The notes under the pieces were generated by a model, which saw only the letters and a program-made list of their open reading frames with translations, was not told where the DNA came from and ran no database searches. A DNA stretch of 64,000 bases from positions 16,451 through 80,450 of the IMG/VR virus record IMGVR_UViG_2643221933_000001. The stretch is one strand, 5' to 3'. A program made the position numbers and the translations under genes. Origin of the DNA: a virus. Taxonomy: Duplodnaviria > Caudoviricetes. Below, piece after piece: positions 37,606-46,432 of the stretch (positions are counted from its first letter, which is position 1; each line of letters opens with the position of its first letter).

Positions 37606-38337
37606 ATGCTCACAATCATCGACGGCAACAACTTCTTCCGCCGGCTGGTTTCCGTAGGGTCTGACGCCCGATCGGTCTTCAACAGCTACCACAGAACTCC
37701 CCACGAGACGATCGTCGTCTGGGACGGCGAGCGCGGCTCGCAGCGGCGCCGGGACGTCTACCCGAAATACAAGACAAACCGGGGCCCGCTCGACAAGGAC
37801 ATCAGCCTGCACTTCAACATGCTGATCGCCGTCCTGACCTGGTGCAACGTCGTTCAGGTCTTCCACAACGAGTACGAGGGTGACGACGTCATCGCGATGC
37901 TCGCTCGGGACTACGCCTCTCAGGGCCGCAAGGTCCACATCGAGAGCACGGACGCTGACTTCCTGCAGATCCGCGCCGAGTTCCCGCAGCTGGTCACCAC
38001 CACGGCCACGGGCAAGGTCACACCGGAGCTGACGAAGCTCTACAAGATCTGGGTCGGTGACCAGTCCGACAAGATCTCAGGCATCCCGCAGTTCGGTGAC
38101 AAGGCCTGGGAGACAATCAACCTCTCGGATCTGCAGCGGCTCACAGATCACGCCCTCAAGCATGGCGAGATCATCGACATCGGGTTGCCCAAGGCGGTCA
38201 AGCCGACCGTCGAACTCATCCGCGCCCTCGACGAGATCATCTCCTTCTACCCGGTCCCGGTGAGCGAGATGACGATCATCCCGGGCGTACCAAACTTCGC
38301 CGCGGCTGACGCCTACCTCAAGGAATATTTCCAATGA
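37606..38337 (+). CDS. 5'-3' exonuclease (Pol I N-terminal / T4 RNase H-like)
   Basis: IDGNN, WDG, YP.YK.NR, EGDDVIA, STD.DF.Q, GD.SD.I.GI. Confidence 0.9.
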   Translation: MLTIIDGNNFFRRLVSVGSDARSVFNSYHRTPHETIVVWDGERGSQRRRDVYPKYKTNRGPLDKDISLHFNMLIAVLTWCNVVQVFHNEYEGDDVIAMLARDYASQGRKVHIESTDADFLQIRAEFPQLVTTTATGKVTPELTKLYKIWVGDQSDKISGIPQFGDKAWETINLSDLQRLTDHALKHGEIIDIGLPKAVKPTVELIRALDEIISFYPVPVSEMTIIPGVPNFAAADAYLKEYFQ

Positions 38338-41066
38338 CCATTCCGACAATCCTGATCGACCAGTCGAACTTCGATCAGCATGCGTTCGCCGTCATGCATG
38401 CAGTGAAGGCAGCGCCCTTCACCGGGATCGACGTCGAGACCCAGGACAGCAATCGCCACGCCGGCATCTCGGCGCTGTGCAAGTACAAGCCGGATGGCAC
38501 CAAGGCCGCGAACAGCAAGCTCGTCTTCGACATGAAGCGGACGGTGATGACCGGCTTCTCCCTCTACCCAGAGGGCGCGGAAGCCGCCTACTACGTCAAC
38601 CTCAATCATGCCGACGTCGACCAGCGTCTGCCCTGGGAGCAGGCCCGCAAGCTGATCGATGTAAAGCCGAAGGGCTCGCACTGGATCGCTCACAACGCGC
38701 CGTACGAGTTGACGGCGTTCAAGAACTGCTACGACCTCGAGCTCGACGACATCATCTGCACCATGCAGATGGCCGTGTCGGCTTTCGGCCCTGATGAATA
38801 CGACCTGTCGAAGTTCATCTCGGCAGGGCAGGGCGGGATCGCAGCGCTCCGCAACCAGCTGATCAAGCTGTCCATGAGCTATGATCCGAGTAGCCGCTCG
38901 ATGCCGCCGGCGCTCGAGGAAGTCGTTGGCAAGATCATCGCCAAGGAAAGCACGGCCGAGCACTCCTACAATGGCTTCGTCAAGCAGATCGCCTTCGGCT
39001 ACGGCCTGAAGGGATTGGTCAAGAACGCTTTCGGCCACCAGATGACCACCTTCGAGCAGGTGCTCGCCGGCAAGGCCCACATGGGCCAGCTGACGGGACC
39101 GCAGGTTGCCCCCTATGGCGCCGAGGATGCCTACTGGGCTGTCCGCTTGTTCCGGTACCTGCTGGATCATATGGCCAAGACCAACCCGGATGTGATCGGC
39201 ACGTTCTTCGAGCAGGAGAACCCGATGATCCACATCTTCTCCAACATCTGGGACGAGGGCATGCGGGTCAACACCGGTGCCATCTTCATGCGCCGCGACG
39301 AAGAGCGGGTCGGCATGGCTCAGACCCTAATCGAGCTGAAGGAAACCGTCCGCAAGCTGCTGCCTTTCCCGGCCGAGCCACACGAAGGCCTCATGACCGA
39401 GGACTGGTACAAGAAGGGTCACGCCAAATACCGCAAGCAGATCGAGGACTGGGCGAACACCCCGGATCTCGTGGAAAAGTCCGAGCCGGACGAGGACGGC
39501 GACTACCCGCTGCAGGACGAGGCTCTGGTCTTCGGTCAGTGCAATCAGGTTCGCGGCCCAGTCGCCAACGCCTGGGCGATCGAGCGGGGCGAGGCCGAAA
39601 GCACGGGCCCGAACTTCAGTCACTACATGCCGCAGCGCGTCATGATCTATGACCTGATCGGTCAGAAGGTCATCCGGTCGCTGGGCAAGGTGCAGAGTGA
39701 CGGCGAGGCGCGGGGCAAGCTGCTCGATCGGGTGACCGACGAAACGCAGATGGCCGTCATCAAGGGGCTGAACAAGATCTCGGGCGTCGAGCAGCGTATG
39801 AAGCTCTACCTGACGCCATACACCCAGCTGATGGACCCGGAAACGGGGTGCCTCTACCCGACAGTCTCGTCCATGCTGGCCACCCGGCGCATGGCGGCGT
39901 CGAACCCGAACCCGATGCAGCTCGCCAAGCGCGGCGAGAGCACCTACGTCCGCGGGTTCTTCCAGGCCGACAACGACGATCACGTTGTTATCTCCTGCGA
40001 TTGGTCGGCGGTGGAGCTGGTCGAGATCGGTGAGTTCTCCGCTGACCCGGAGTTCATCAAGGCCTTCGGTCAGATCCCGCACGAGGATCTCCACGCTGGT
40101 GCTGCTTCAGCCATTCTGGCTGTCGACGTCCCGGGCATGGACGATGCCAAGTTCAAGGCGCTGAAGGCATTCTCGAGCTGGGACGATTACCGGGACAACT
40201 TCGGCCAGGAGATGACGAACTACAACCGTCTCTCGACCAACCTGAAGGGTCAGCCTCTGGATATCGGCAGTGCCGTCAAATACTGGCGCACCGAGCTGGG
40301 GAAGGGGGCCAACTTCAACTATTGGTACTCGGGCTTCCTCGGCACGATCGGTGATCGGATGGGTTGGGCCGTCGACAAGACCGGCGAGGCGACCAAGCGT
40401 TACCGCGATCGGTTCTCGGTAGCCGAGCTGTGGCGCACCAACCTGATCGAGGAAGGCAAGCGCAACGGCTACGTCAAGCTCCCCGACCATCACCGCCGGG
40501 TCCGCTTCGAAGCCACGCAGCTCTGGGCCGAGTATTTCGGGGGCAAGTTCAAGCTTCCGAACGACGGAACGGATGACCTCGCATTCCGCTACAACGCGGT
40601 CTGGGATCACATCATCCGCAAGATCCAGGGTCGGGCGAACAACCAGCTGGTCAACGCCTACATTCAGGGTAGCTGCGCCACGCTCGCCAAGCGGACGGTC
40701 ATCCGGATCAACAAGAAGGCCCGCGAACGCGGCTGGGATCACCGGATGTTCCGGTTCCTCATGCCGATCCACGACGAGCTGGTCTACTCGGTCCACAAGA
40801 GCATCGCCGTCGAGGCTGTGCATCTGATCCGCGAGACGATGATCGACCACCCTGACATGTTCCAGCACTGCAAGCTGGACGCCAGCCCGTCGATCGGCCT
40901 GACCTTCGAGCCCTACAATCCGAAGAAGGGCGTGCTCACCGGCCAGGTTGAGCTCTTCGAACTCCCCAAGGAGGTCGGCGTCGGAAACGTCAACGGACGC
41001 GCTACGGACGATCAGATCCTGGGCGTCGTCGACTACCTCTTCGACCAACACAAACTCGCCGCGTAA
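38334..41066 (+). CDS. Family A DNA polymerase with 3'-5' exonuclease
   Basis: DVET, HNA.YE and Y..ED exonuclease motifs; T.R....PN..Q; DWSAVEL (A); K.ANF..WY (B); IHDEL (C). Confidence 0.9.
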   Translation: MTIPTILIDQSNFDQHAFAVMHAVKAAPFTGIDVETQDSNRHAGISALCKYKPDGTKAANSKLVFDMKRTVMTGFSLYPEGAEAAYYVNLNHADVDQRLPWEQARKLIDVKPKGSHWIAHNAPYELTAFKNCYDLELDDIICTMQMAVSAFGPDEYDLSKFISAGQGGIAALRNQLIKLSMSYDPSSRSMPPALEEVVGKIIAKESTAEHSYNGFVKQIAFGYGLKGLVKNAFGHQMTTFEQVLAGKAHMGQLTGPQVAPYGAEDAYWAVRLFRYLLDHMAKTNPDVIGTFFEQENPMIHIFSNIWDEGMRVNTGAIFMRRDEERVGMAQTLIELKETVRKLLPFPAEPHEGLMTEDWYKKGHAKYRKQIEDWANTPDLVEKSEPDEDGDYPLQDEALVFGQCNQVRGPVANAWAIERGEAESTGPNFSHYMPQRVMIYDLIGQKVIRSLGKVQSDGEARGKLLDRVTDETQMAVIKGLNKISGVEQRMKLYLTPYTQLMDPETGCLYPTVSSMLATRRMAASNPNPMQLAKRGESTYVRGFFQADNDDHVVISCDWSAVELVEIGEFSADPEFIKAFGQIPHEDLHAGAASAILAVDVPGMDDAKFKALKAFSSWDDYRDNFGQEMTNYNRLSTNLKGQPLDIGSAVKYWRTELGKGANFNYWYSGFLGTIGDRMGWAVDKTGEATKRYRDRFSVAELWRTNLIEEGKRNGYVKLPDHHRRVRFEATQLWAEYFGGKFKLPNDGTDDLAFRYNAVWDHIIRKIQGRANNQLVNAYIQGSCATLAKRTVIRINKKARERGWDHRMFRFLMPIHDELVYSVHKSIAVEAVHLIRETMIDHPDMFQHCKLDASPSIGLTFEPYNPKKGVLTGQVELFELPKEVGVGNVNGRATDDQILGVVDYLFDQHKLAA

Positions 41067-41106
41067 GCGGCGAGTACCCCATCCCCCTCACATCGTAGGA
41101 ACGACC

Positions 41107-41598
41107 ATGCGAACACCTGTGCTCGTCGCTATCCCTGTGGACGGCCCACTGACAGCCGACCAACTCGTAGCCATCATCGCCCAATTCCACTCAGTCCATC
41201 AGTTCCAGCGGTTCGACCAGTTCAGTGTCGTCTTCATCAGCGACATTCAACCTCTGCAGCTGGACCGCGGTGCCATGGAGTCGATCATCGACTACCTCAC
41301 GACCGCGGAACCCAACTGCCGGAAGACAGCCTTCCTTACCCGGCTCACCCATTCCTTGGTCATCCGCCCCCGGCCGGAACCGGAAGTGATCGAGGCTGCT
41401 GAGCGCAAGGTCGAGCCGGTGTTCGACCACACGGCGCCGAAGTTCCGCGCCCGGGTCCGCTTCAACCTCCGCAACGGACGCCAGGTCGAGGAGGCGAGGG
41501 TGGTCAACAGCCTCGCGGAGCTCGACCACGTCCTCGAGCACGGCCCCTACGACGAGGACATCCGCAACATCAAGATCAAGCTGGAGATCCAGCCTTGA
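41107..41598 (+). CDS. Hypothetical protein
   Basis: AGGA SD. Confidence 0.6.
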   Translation: MRTPVLVAIPVDGPLTADQLVAIIAQFHSVHQFQRFDQFSVVFISDIQPLQLDRGAMESIIDYLTTAEPNCRKTAFLTRLTHSLVIRPRPEPEVIEAAERKVEPVFDHTAPKFRARVRFNLRNGRQVEEARVVNSLAELDHVLEHGPYDEDIRNIKIKLEIQP

Positions 41599-41825
41599 GC
41601 GTATCGAACAACGAGATCCGCAAAACCTTCGGGAAGATCTTCGATCAGTTCGGCATCCCTGAATACGACATCGAGCGGCGGGGCAAACACCCCGCTCTCA
41701 CCTTCGACCTCGCCGGCCGGCGACATCGCGTGGTCCTCTCCTCGACCCCCTCCGATTACCGGGCCCAGCAGAACAAAATCTCCTTCCTCAAGCGCTACAT
41801 TAGGAACATCCATGCTCTCCACTGA
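41595..41825 (+). CDS. HicA-like small protein
   Basis: GKH...STPSD.R...N motif. Confidence 0.5.
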   Translation: MSVSNNEIRKTFGKIFDQFGIPEYDIERRGKHPALTFDLAGRRHRVVLSSTPSDYRAQQNKISFLKRYIRNIHALH

Positions 41826-42888
41826 AATCTACAAGCTCGACTCCAAGGGCAAGATCCGGACCTGGCAGTACGAAGTCGTCGGCCGCGGATGGCGCACGAT
41901 CGCCGGCCTGCAGGATGGCAAGAAGGTCGTCAGCGAATTTACTCGGTGCTTGCCGGCGAGCCAGCCCACCGCCGAACTTCAGGCTCAGTTCGAAGCTGAG
42001 GCCGAAATGAAGAGGAAGCTGAAGCGCGACTACCACCTCACGCTCGACGGCACGTCGACGGCCAAATACTTCGCACCGATGCTGGCCGAGAAGTACGAGC
42101 CCTCGTCTGTAGAAGAGGGCGACTTGGTCCAGGCCAAGCTCGACGGCATCCGCTGCATCGCCACGATCGACGGACTGCGGTCCCGCAAGGGTGAGCCGAT
42201 CACGTCCTGCCCGCACATCAGCGAGCAACTGGTGACGTTCTTCACCAACTTCCCGAACGCGATCCTGGACGGCGAGCTCTACAACCATGACCTCAAGGAC
42301 AACTTCAACGAACTGGCGTCCATCATCCGCAAGCAAAAGCCGGATGCAGTACAGCTTCAACGTGCTGCTCGTGACATCGAGTTTCACGTTTATGATCTGG
42401 TTTATGGTGACGACCTGGCCGTGACTGCGCTCGACCGGAACGTGGACCTGCACAACCGCATGGTCGACTTTGGTTGGTCGATCCAGGTCGTCCCGACCTC
42501 AACTGTCAGCAACCACGATGAGGTCCGTGGGTTCTTCGAGGCCTGTATCAAGCGCGGCTATGAAGGCACGATGGTTCGCAAGGCGAACGCTCCCTATCAC
42601 CAGAAGCGCTCGAAGGCGCTGATGAAGTTCAAGGAGTTCCAGACCGCCGAGTTCCCGGTGGTTCGCGTGGAGGAGGGCCTCGGCAACTGGGCCGGCTATG
42701 CCAAGCGCGTGGTCTGCACCGTGCCGGACGGCCGCGAGTTCGGGGCAGGGGTCAAGGGCAACCGCGGCTTCACCAAGGAACTACTCAGCCGCGACGTGAA
42801 GATCGCGACGATCCAGTTCTTCGAGCTCACCCCGGATGGCATCCCGCGGTTCCCGGTCGCCATCGACTTCGATCGTCCGGACGCCTGA
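41812..42888 (+). CDS. ATP-dependent DNA ligase
   Basis: KLDG.R, LDGELY, FHVYD, YEG.M.R, K.K.F, PRFP. Confidence 0.92.
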   Translation: MLSTEIYKLDSKGKIRTWQYEVVGRGWRTIAGLQDGKKVVSEFTRCLPASQPTAELQAQFEAEAEMKRKLKRDYHLTLDGTSTAKYFAPMLAEKYEPSSVEEGDLVQAKLDGIRCIATIDGLRSRKGEPITSCPHISEQLVTFFTNFPNAILDGELYNHDLKDNFNELASIIRKQKPDAVQLQRAARDIEFHVYDLVYGDDLAVTALDRNVDLHNRMVDFGWSIQVVPTSTVSNHDEVRGFFEACIKRGYEGTMVRKANAPYHQKRSKALMKFKEFQTAEFPVVRVEEGLGNWAGYAKRVVCTVPDGREFGAGVKGNRGFTKELLSRDVKIATIQFFELTPDGIPRFPVAIDFDRPDA

Positions 42889-43142
42889 TGGCCTTCGGCG
42901 CTCGTCAGGAAGCTGATGGGAAATGGCGGCTCTGCCTTCGCAAGGGCCGCACCATCACCGGGACGCCCTCCGATGAAGGGCGTCTCGATTTCGAATTTGC
43001 CTCGCAGCGACGGGCCAAAGCCTGCGCCGACGAGCTCAACGAGACCTTCTGGGATCGTTACCGACGCCTCCAGACCGGCGACCACCCTGCGCCGGAATGG
43101 GCCCACGAAATGATCGACACCATCAGAAAGCATGTCAAATGA
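42888..43142 (+). CDS. Hypothetical protein
   Basis: TGATG coupling. Confidence 0.55.
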   Translation: MAFGARQEADGKWRLCLRKGRTITGTPSDEGRLDFEFASQRRAKACADELNETFWDRYRRLQTGDHPAPEWAHEMIDTIRKHVK

Positions 43143-43327
43143 CACAGCCCCGGGAAAACAAACTGAAAGCCATCGCCGGCCTGATCCAAGGCCTCACCTA
43201 TGCCGAGATGACCACGCTGTCGAAGCAGATCGTCAGCTCGCTCGACGACTCCACCATCCACACGGCAGCAACGGGCTTGCTCCAGATCGCTCAAAACATT
43301 CTTGCAGAGAAGGAAGTCACTAAGTGA
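43139..43327 (+). CDS. Hypothetical protein
   Basis: ATGA coupling. Confidence 0.55.
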   Translation: MTQPRENKLKAIAGLIQGLTYAEMTTLSKQIVSSLDDSTIHTAATGLLQIAQNILAEKEVTK

Positions 43328-44220
43328 CCATCACCGCAATCATCATCGCTGACTCCATCAGCGCGTACGGTCCTCGCATCACGACCCTGCAGCTCCGCTA
43401 TCCCCGGTTCATCCACGCTGAGTTCATGACGCACCGCGCCTTCAGCCGGAACGCCTCGAGCTCGAGGGCAATTCCGGTTCAGAAGCTGATCCAGGACATC
43501 ATCGACGACACCGCAATGCCGCTGCACTGGGGCAAGAACCAGCCGGGGATGCAGGCTCGCGAAGAACATGACGGGCTTGTTGATCATACGGTATTCGAGC
43601 CCGAGGTTCGGCCAGACGTTCCTGATTATCTGGCCACGGTCGGCACATATTCAGGTGGGCCGGTTGAAGCCTGGGATGCCGCTCGCAACTGGGCTATTCA
43701 CGCAGCGGAACAGTTCGCCGCGGCCGGCTACCACAAGCAGATCGTGAACCGGCTGCTTGAGCCCTTCAGCCACATCAACGTCGTCGTGACGGCGACCGAC
43801 TGGGAGAACTTCTTCGAGCTTCGGGACCATCCGGATGCCCAGCCCGAGATCCAGGTTCTGGCCCGGGCGATCAAGGACGCGATGGCTGCGTCGGTCCCTG
43901 ATGAATTGCCGGCCGGCCTTTGGCACCTGCCGTACGCGACGTTCGACGAGGATCTGCAGACATATGCAGATGAACACGACATGAGCCTTGTCGATGTTGC
44001 TCTCAAGGTCTCCGTCGCCCGCTGCGCCCGCGTCTCTTACCTGACCCACGATGGTCGCAAGACCACGGTGGAGGAGGACGTCGCTCTGCACGACAAGCTT
44101 GTCGTGGCCGAGCCGCTCCACGCATCCCCGGCAGAGCACCAGGCAACGCCCGTTCAGGGTCGTGATCGGAACTTCAACGGCTGGCGCCAGTACCGGAGTG
44201 TGCTGGAACAAACGGCCTGA
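43324..44220 (+). CDS. thyX: Flavin-dependent thymidylate synthase
   Basis: THR.FSRNASSSRA, HKQ..NRLLEPF, AQPEI, ARCARVSY, HASP.EHQA. Confidence 0.9.
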   Translation: MTITAIIIADSISAYGPRITTLQLRYPRFIHAEFMTHRAFSRNASSSRAIPVQKLIQDIIDDTAMPLHWGKNQPGMQAREEHDGLVDHTVFEPEVRPDVPDYLATVGTYSGGPVEAWDAARNWAIHAAEQFAAAGYHKQIVNRLLEPFSHINVVVTATDWENFFELRDHPDAQPEIQVLARAIKDAMAASVPDELPAGLWHLPYATFDEDLQTYADEHDMSLVDVALKVSVARCARVSYLTHDGRKTTVEEDVALHDKLVVAEPLHASPAEHQATPVQGRDRNFNGWRQYRSVLEQTA

Positions 44221-44283
44221 GTAGACTGTACTCTCGACGGGCGTCTATGGAAAACACTCGGTGTTCTGAGCCATGTAACACTC

Positions 44284-44718
44284 ATGGCAAAGAACACAGG
44301 AAAACCATCTGAGACGTTCTTCGAGGACGTCTGGCGGAAGCTCGGCAAGCGGGCTTACTGCTATCGCATCGCGGATGCGGCCGAGAACTACGGCCGCACC
44401 AAAACAATCGGCCACATCCGGGCCACTCCCTCGGACTACATCGTTACCTTTGCCGGCGAGACAATCTACGCCGAGGTCAAGTCCACTCAGGAGAAGACAT
44501 CCTTCCCCTTCTCCCTTCTCAAGAAGGGACAAAGCGCCGCGGCCCCGCAGGTTCTGTCTGCGGGCGGCGGCTATTTCGTTTTCGCTCACAACCTCACGAC
44601 CGACACTTGGTACCGCATTCCCTTCGGGGTGATCGCGGCCGTGAAAGCTATCGGCCGCTCATCAATCCCCTGGTCCGAAATGGAGACTCTCAAATGGAAC
44701 CCAGCCCTGCTTTTCTAG
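44284..44718 (+). CDS. PD-(D/E)XK nuclease, RecU-like Holliday junction resolvase
   Basis: GK.SE, PSDY, AEVKST, Q. Confidence 0.7.
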   Translation: MAKNTGKPSETFFEDVWRKLGKRAYCYRIADAAENYGRTKTIGHIRATPSDYIVTFAGETIYAEVKSTQEKTSFPFSLLKKGQSAAAPQVLSAGGGYFVFAHNLTTDTWYRIPFGVIAAVKAIGRSSIPWSEMETLKWNPALLF

Positions 44719-45260
44719 ACATCATGGTCGACGGTGAAACCACCGGAACCGATCCGAACGGCAACGCTCTCGTGCAGCTGTCCGCTGTGAAGTTCGATCT
44801 CAAGACCAAGTCGGTCCAGCCTTACCCGCAGATGTTCGATCGCTGCCTCCGCATGCCGCAGAACCGGTACTTCGAGGAAAGCTGCCGGACGAACTTCTGG
44901 GGCAAGCGCCCGCAGATCTGGAACCAGATCCAGACCCGCGCCGAGGATCCGCAGCAGGTGATGAAGGACTTCGTCCAGTGGGTTGGCTTCGACAACCCGG
45001 CGCCGGTGCGCTTCTGGGCCAAGCCGATCACTTTCGATTGGAGCTTCGTCGCCTCCTACCTGCGCCAGTACGACCTCCCGCAGCCGTTCCACTACCGCTG
45101 GGCGATCGACATGAATTCCTTCATCCGCGGGCTGGCCAACGATCCGACCCTCGAGAGCCACTACGTCGGGTTCCAGGGTGAAGCCCACAACGCACTCTTC
45201 GACGTGCTCAACCAGATCGACCAGGTCTTCAAGGCGGTGGACAAGTATGGAAATCATTGA
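44694..45260 (+). CDS. DEDD 3'-5' exonuclease
   Basis: DGETTG, FDW, HNALFD. Confidence 0.85.
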   Translation: MEPSPAFLDIMVDGETTGTDPNGNALVQLSAVKFDLKTKSVQPYPQMFDRCLRMPQNRYFEESCRTNFWGKRPQIWNQIQTRAEDPQQVMKDFVQWVGFDNPAPVRFWAKPITFDWSFVASYLRQYDLPQPFHYRWAIDMNSFIRGLANDPTLESHYVGFQGEAHNALFDVLNQIDQVFKAVDKYGNH

Positions 45261-46179
45261 AAATGGTCAGCGAATTGAGCTGCTTGGAGACCCTCATCTG
45301 GGTCGTTCTTTTCTTAACGGGGTTCCTCTCCACCGCCGGGGTGAGCGTGAGCGCCTTGTGTGGCAGGATTTTCTGGACTCTCTCGGCCGCGCAGCTGGTT
45401 GTGATTATCACGTCTGCCTTGGTGACCTGTTCGACAAATGGATCGTGTCCTTCGATCTGATCCTGAACACGGCCGACGTCTACCGTACGGCGGCGCTGGC
45501 AAACCCCCACACCCGGTTCTTCGTCCTGAAGGGCAATCACGACTGGACCCGGGATCTCGAGCGCCGCTCTGCGTTCGACGTGTTCGCCGCCCTGGTGGCC
45601 GATGCCCCAAACATCGTCATTGTGACGCGCCCTGTGATCGAGAACGGTCTGGTCTTCTACCCGTGGCACCCGCTCTGGGATGCCAAGGAGACCTTGTCGA
45701 AGATCACCGACAAGATCCTCTTCGGCCACTTCGATGTTGAGTTCGGTGAGCACAACATGGTTCCGACCGAGCTTGGCTTCGAGCGGATCTTCACCGGCCA
45801 TGACCACAAGGCCCGTCGCCTGAAGAGGCACGGAACCGAGGTCATCGTCGTCGGCTCGATGCAGCCATACGCTCACGGCGAGGAGGCTGACGACAGCCTC
45901 TACGTCACCCTCCGTCCGGAGGAGGTGCCGGCGGCGGGCGACCTGCGGAACAAGTGCGTCCGCATCCTTGGCCAGTTCGACGGCGACATCGACTGCCTCC
46001 AGATCACCTACAAGCAGGAGAAGACAGCCGATGATGGCAGCATCGAACAGGTCACCCTCGGTGACTTCGACATGGAACGTCTCTTTGGAGAAGCCTTTGC
46101 GGAAGCTGGCGTCTCTGCTGAGCGCACTCAAATCGTTCTGGGACAGTATCAGGCAAAACGGACCGCAGCTGGTGTTTAA
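45247..46179 (+). CDS. Mre11/SbcD-like nuclease
   Basis: GDPHLG, GDLFD, GNHD, GH.H; upstream of the Rad50-like ATPase. Confidence 0.85.
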   Translation: MEIIENGQRIELLGDPHLGRSFLNGVPLHRRGERERLVWQDFLDSLGRAAGCDYHVCLGDLFDKWIVSFDLILNTADVYRTAALANPHTRFFVLKGNHDWTRDLERRSAFDVFAALVADAPNIVIVTRPVIENGLVFYPWHPLWDAKETLSKITDKILFGHFDVEFGEHNMVPTELGFERIFTGHDHKARRLKRHGTEVIVVGSMQPYAHGEEADDSLYVTLRPEEVPAAGDLRNKCVRILGQFDGDIDCLQITYKQEKTADDGSIEQVTLGDFDMERLFGEAFAEAGVSAERTQIVLGQYQAKRTAAGV

Positions 46180-46432
46180 AGATCTCGATCGCCCCGTCGC
46201 CCAGTACCGCCGGGTTCTCTCCACCTGGCTCGAGACACCCGGTCTCAGCCTCAACGAGGCAATCCTCGTCCGGTCCCTGAGCACGGCCCTGAACAATTCG
46301 CTCGAGGAGTTCGACCAGCTGCGCCGGATCATGGTCCAGCCCGCCTTCCTCCCCACCCTCCGTAGCGCCGCGGCGAAAGCCCAGGCCGCTGGCCTCCTTC
46401 TCGATTGGAATGACTATGCTGAAGCAGCTTGA
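46172..46432 (+). CDS. Hypothetical protein
   Basis: Fills the gap between nuclease and ATPase. Confidence 0.5.
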   Translation: MFKDLDRPVAQYRRVLSTWLETPGLSLNEAILVRSLSTALNNSLEEFDQLRRIMVQPAFLPTLRSAAAKAQAAGLLLDWNDYAEAA

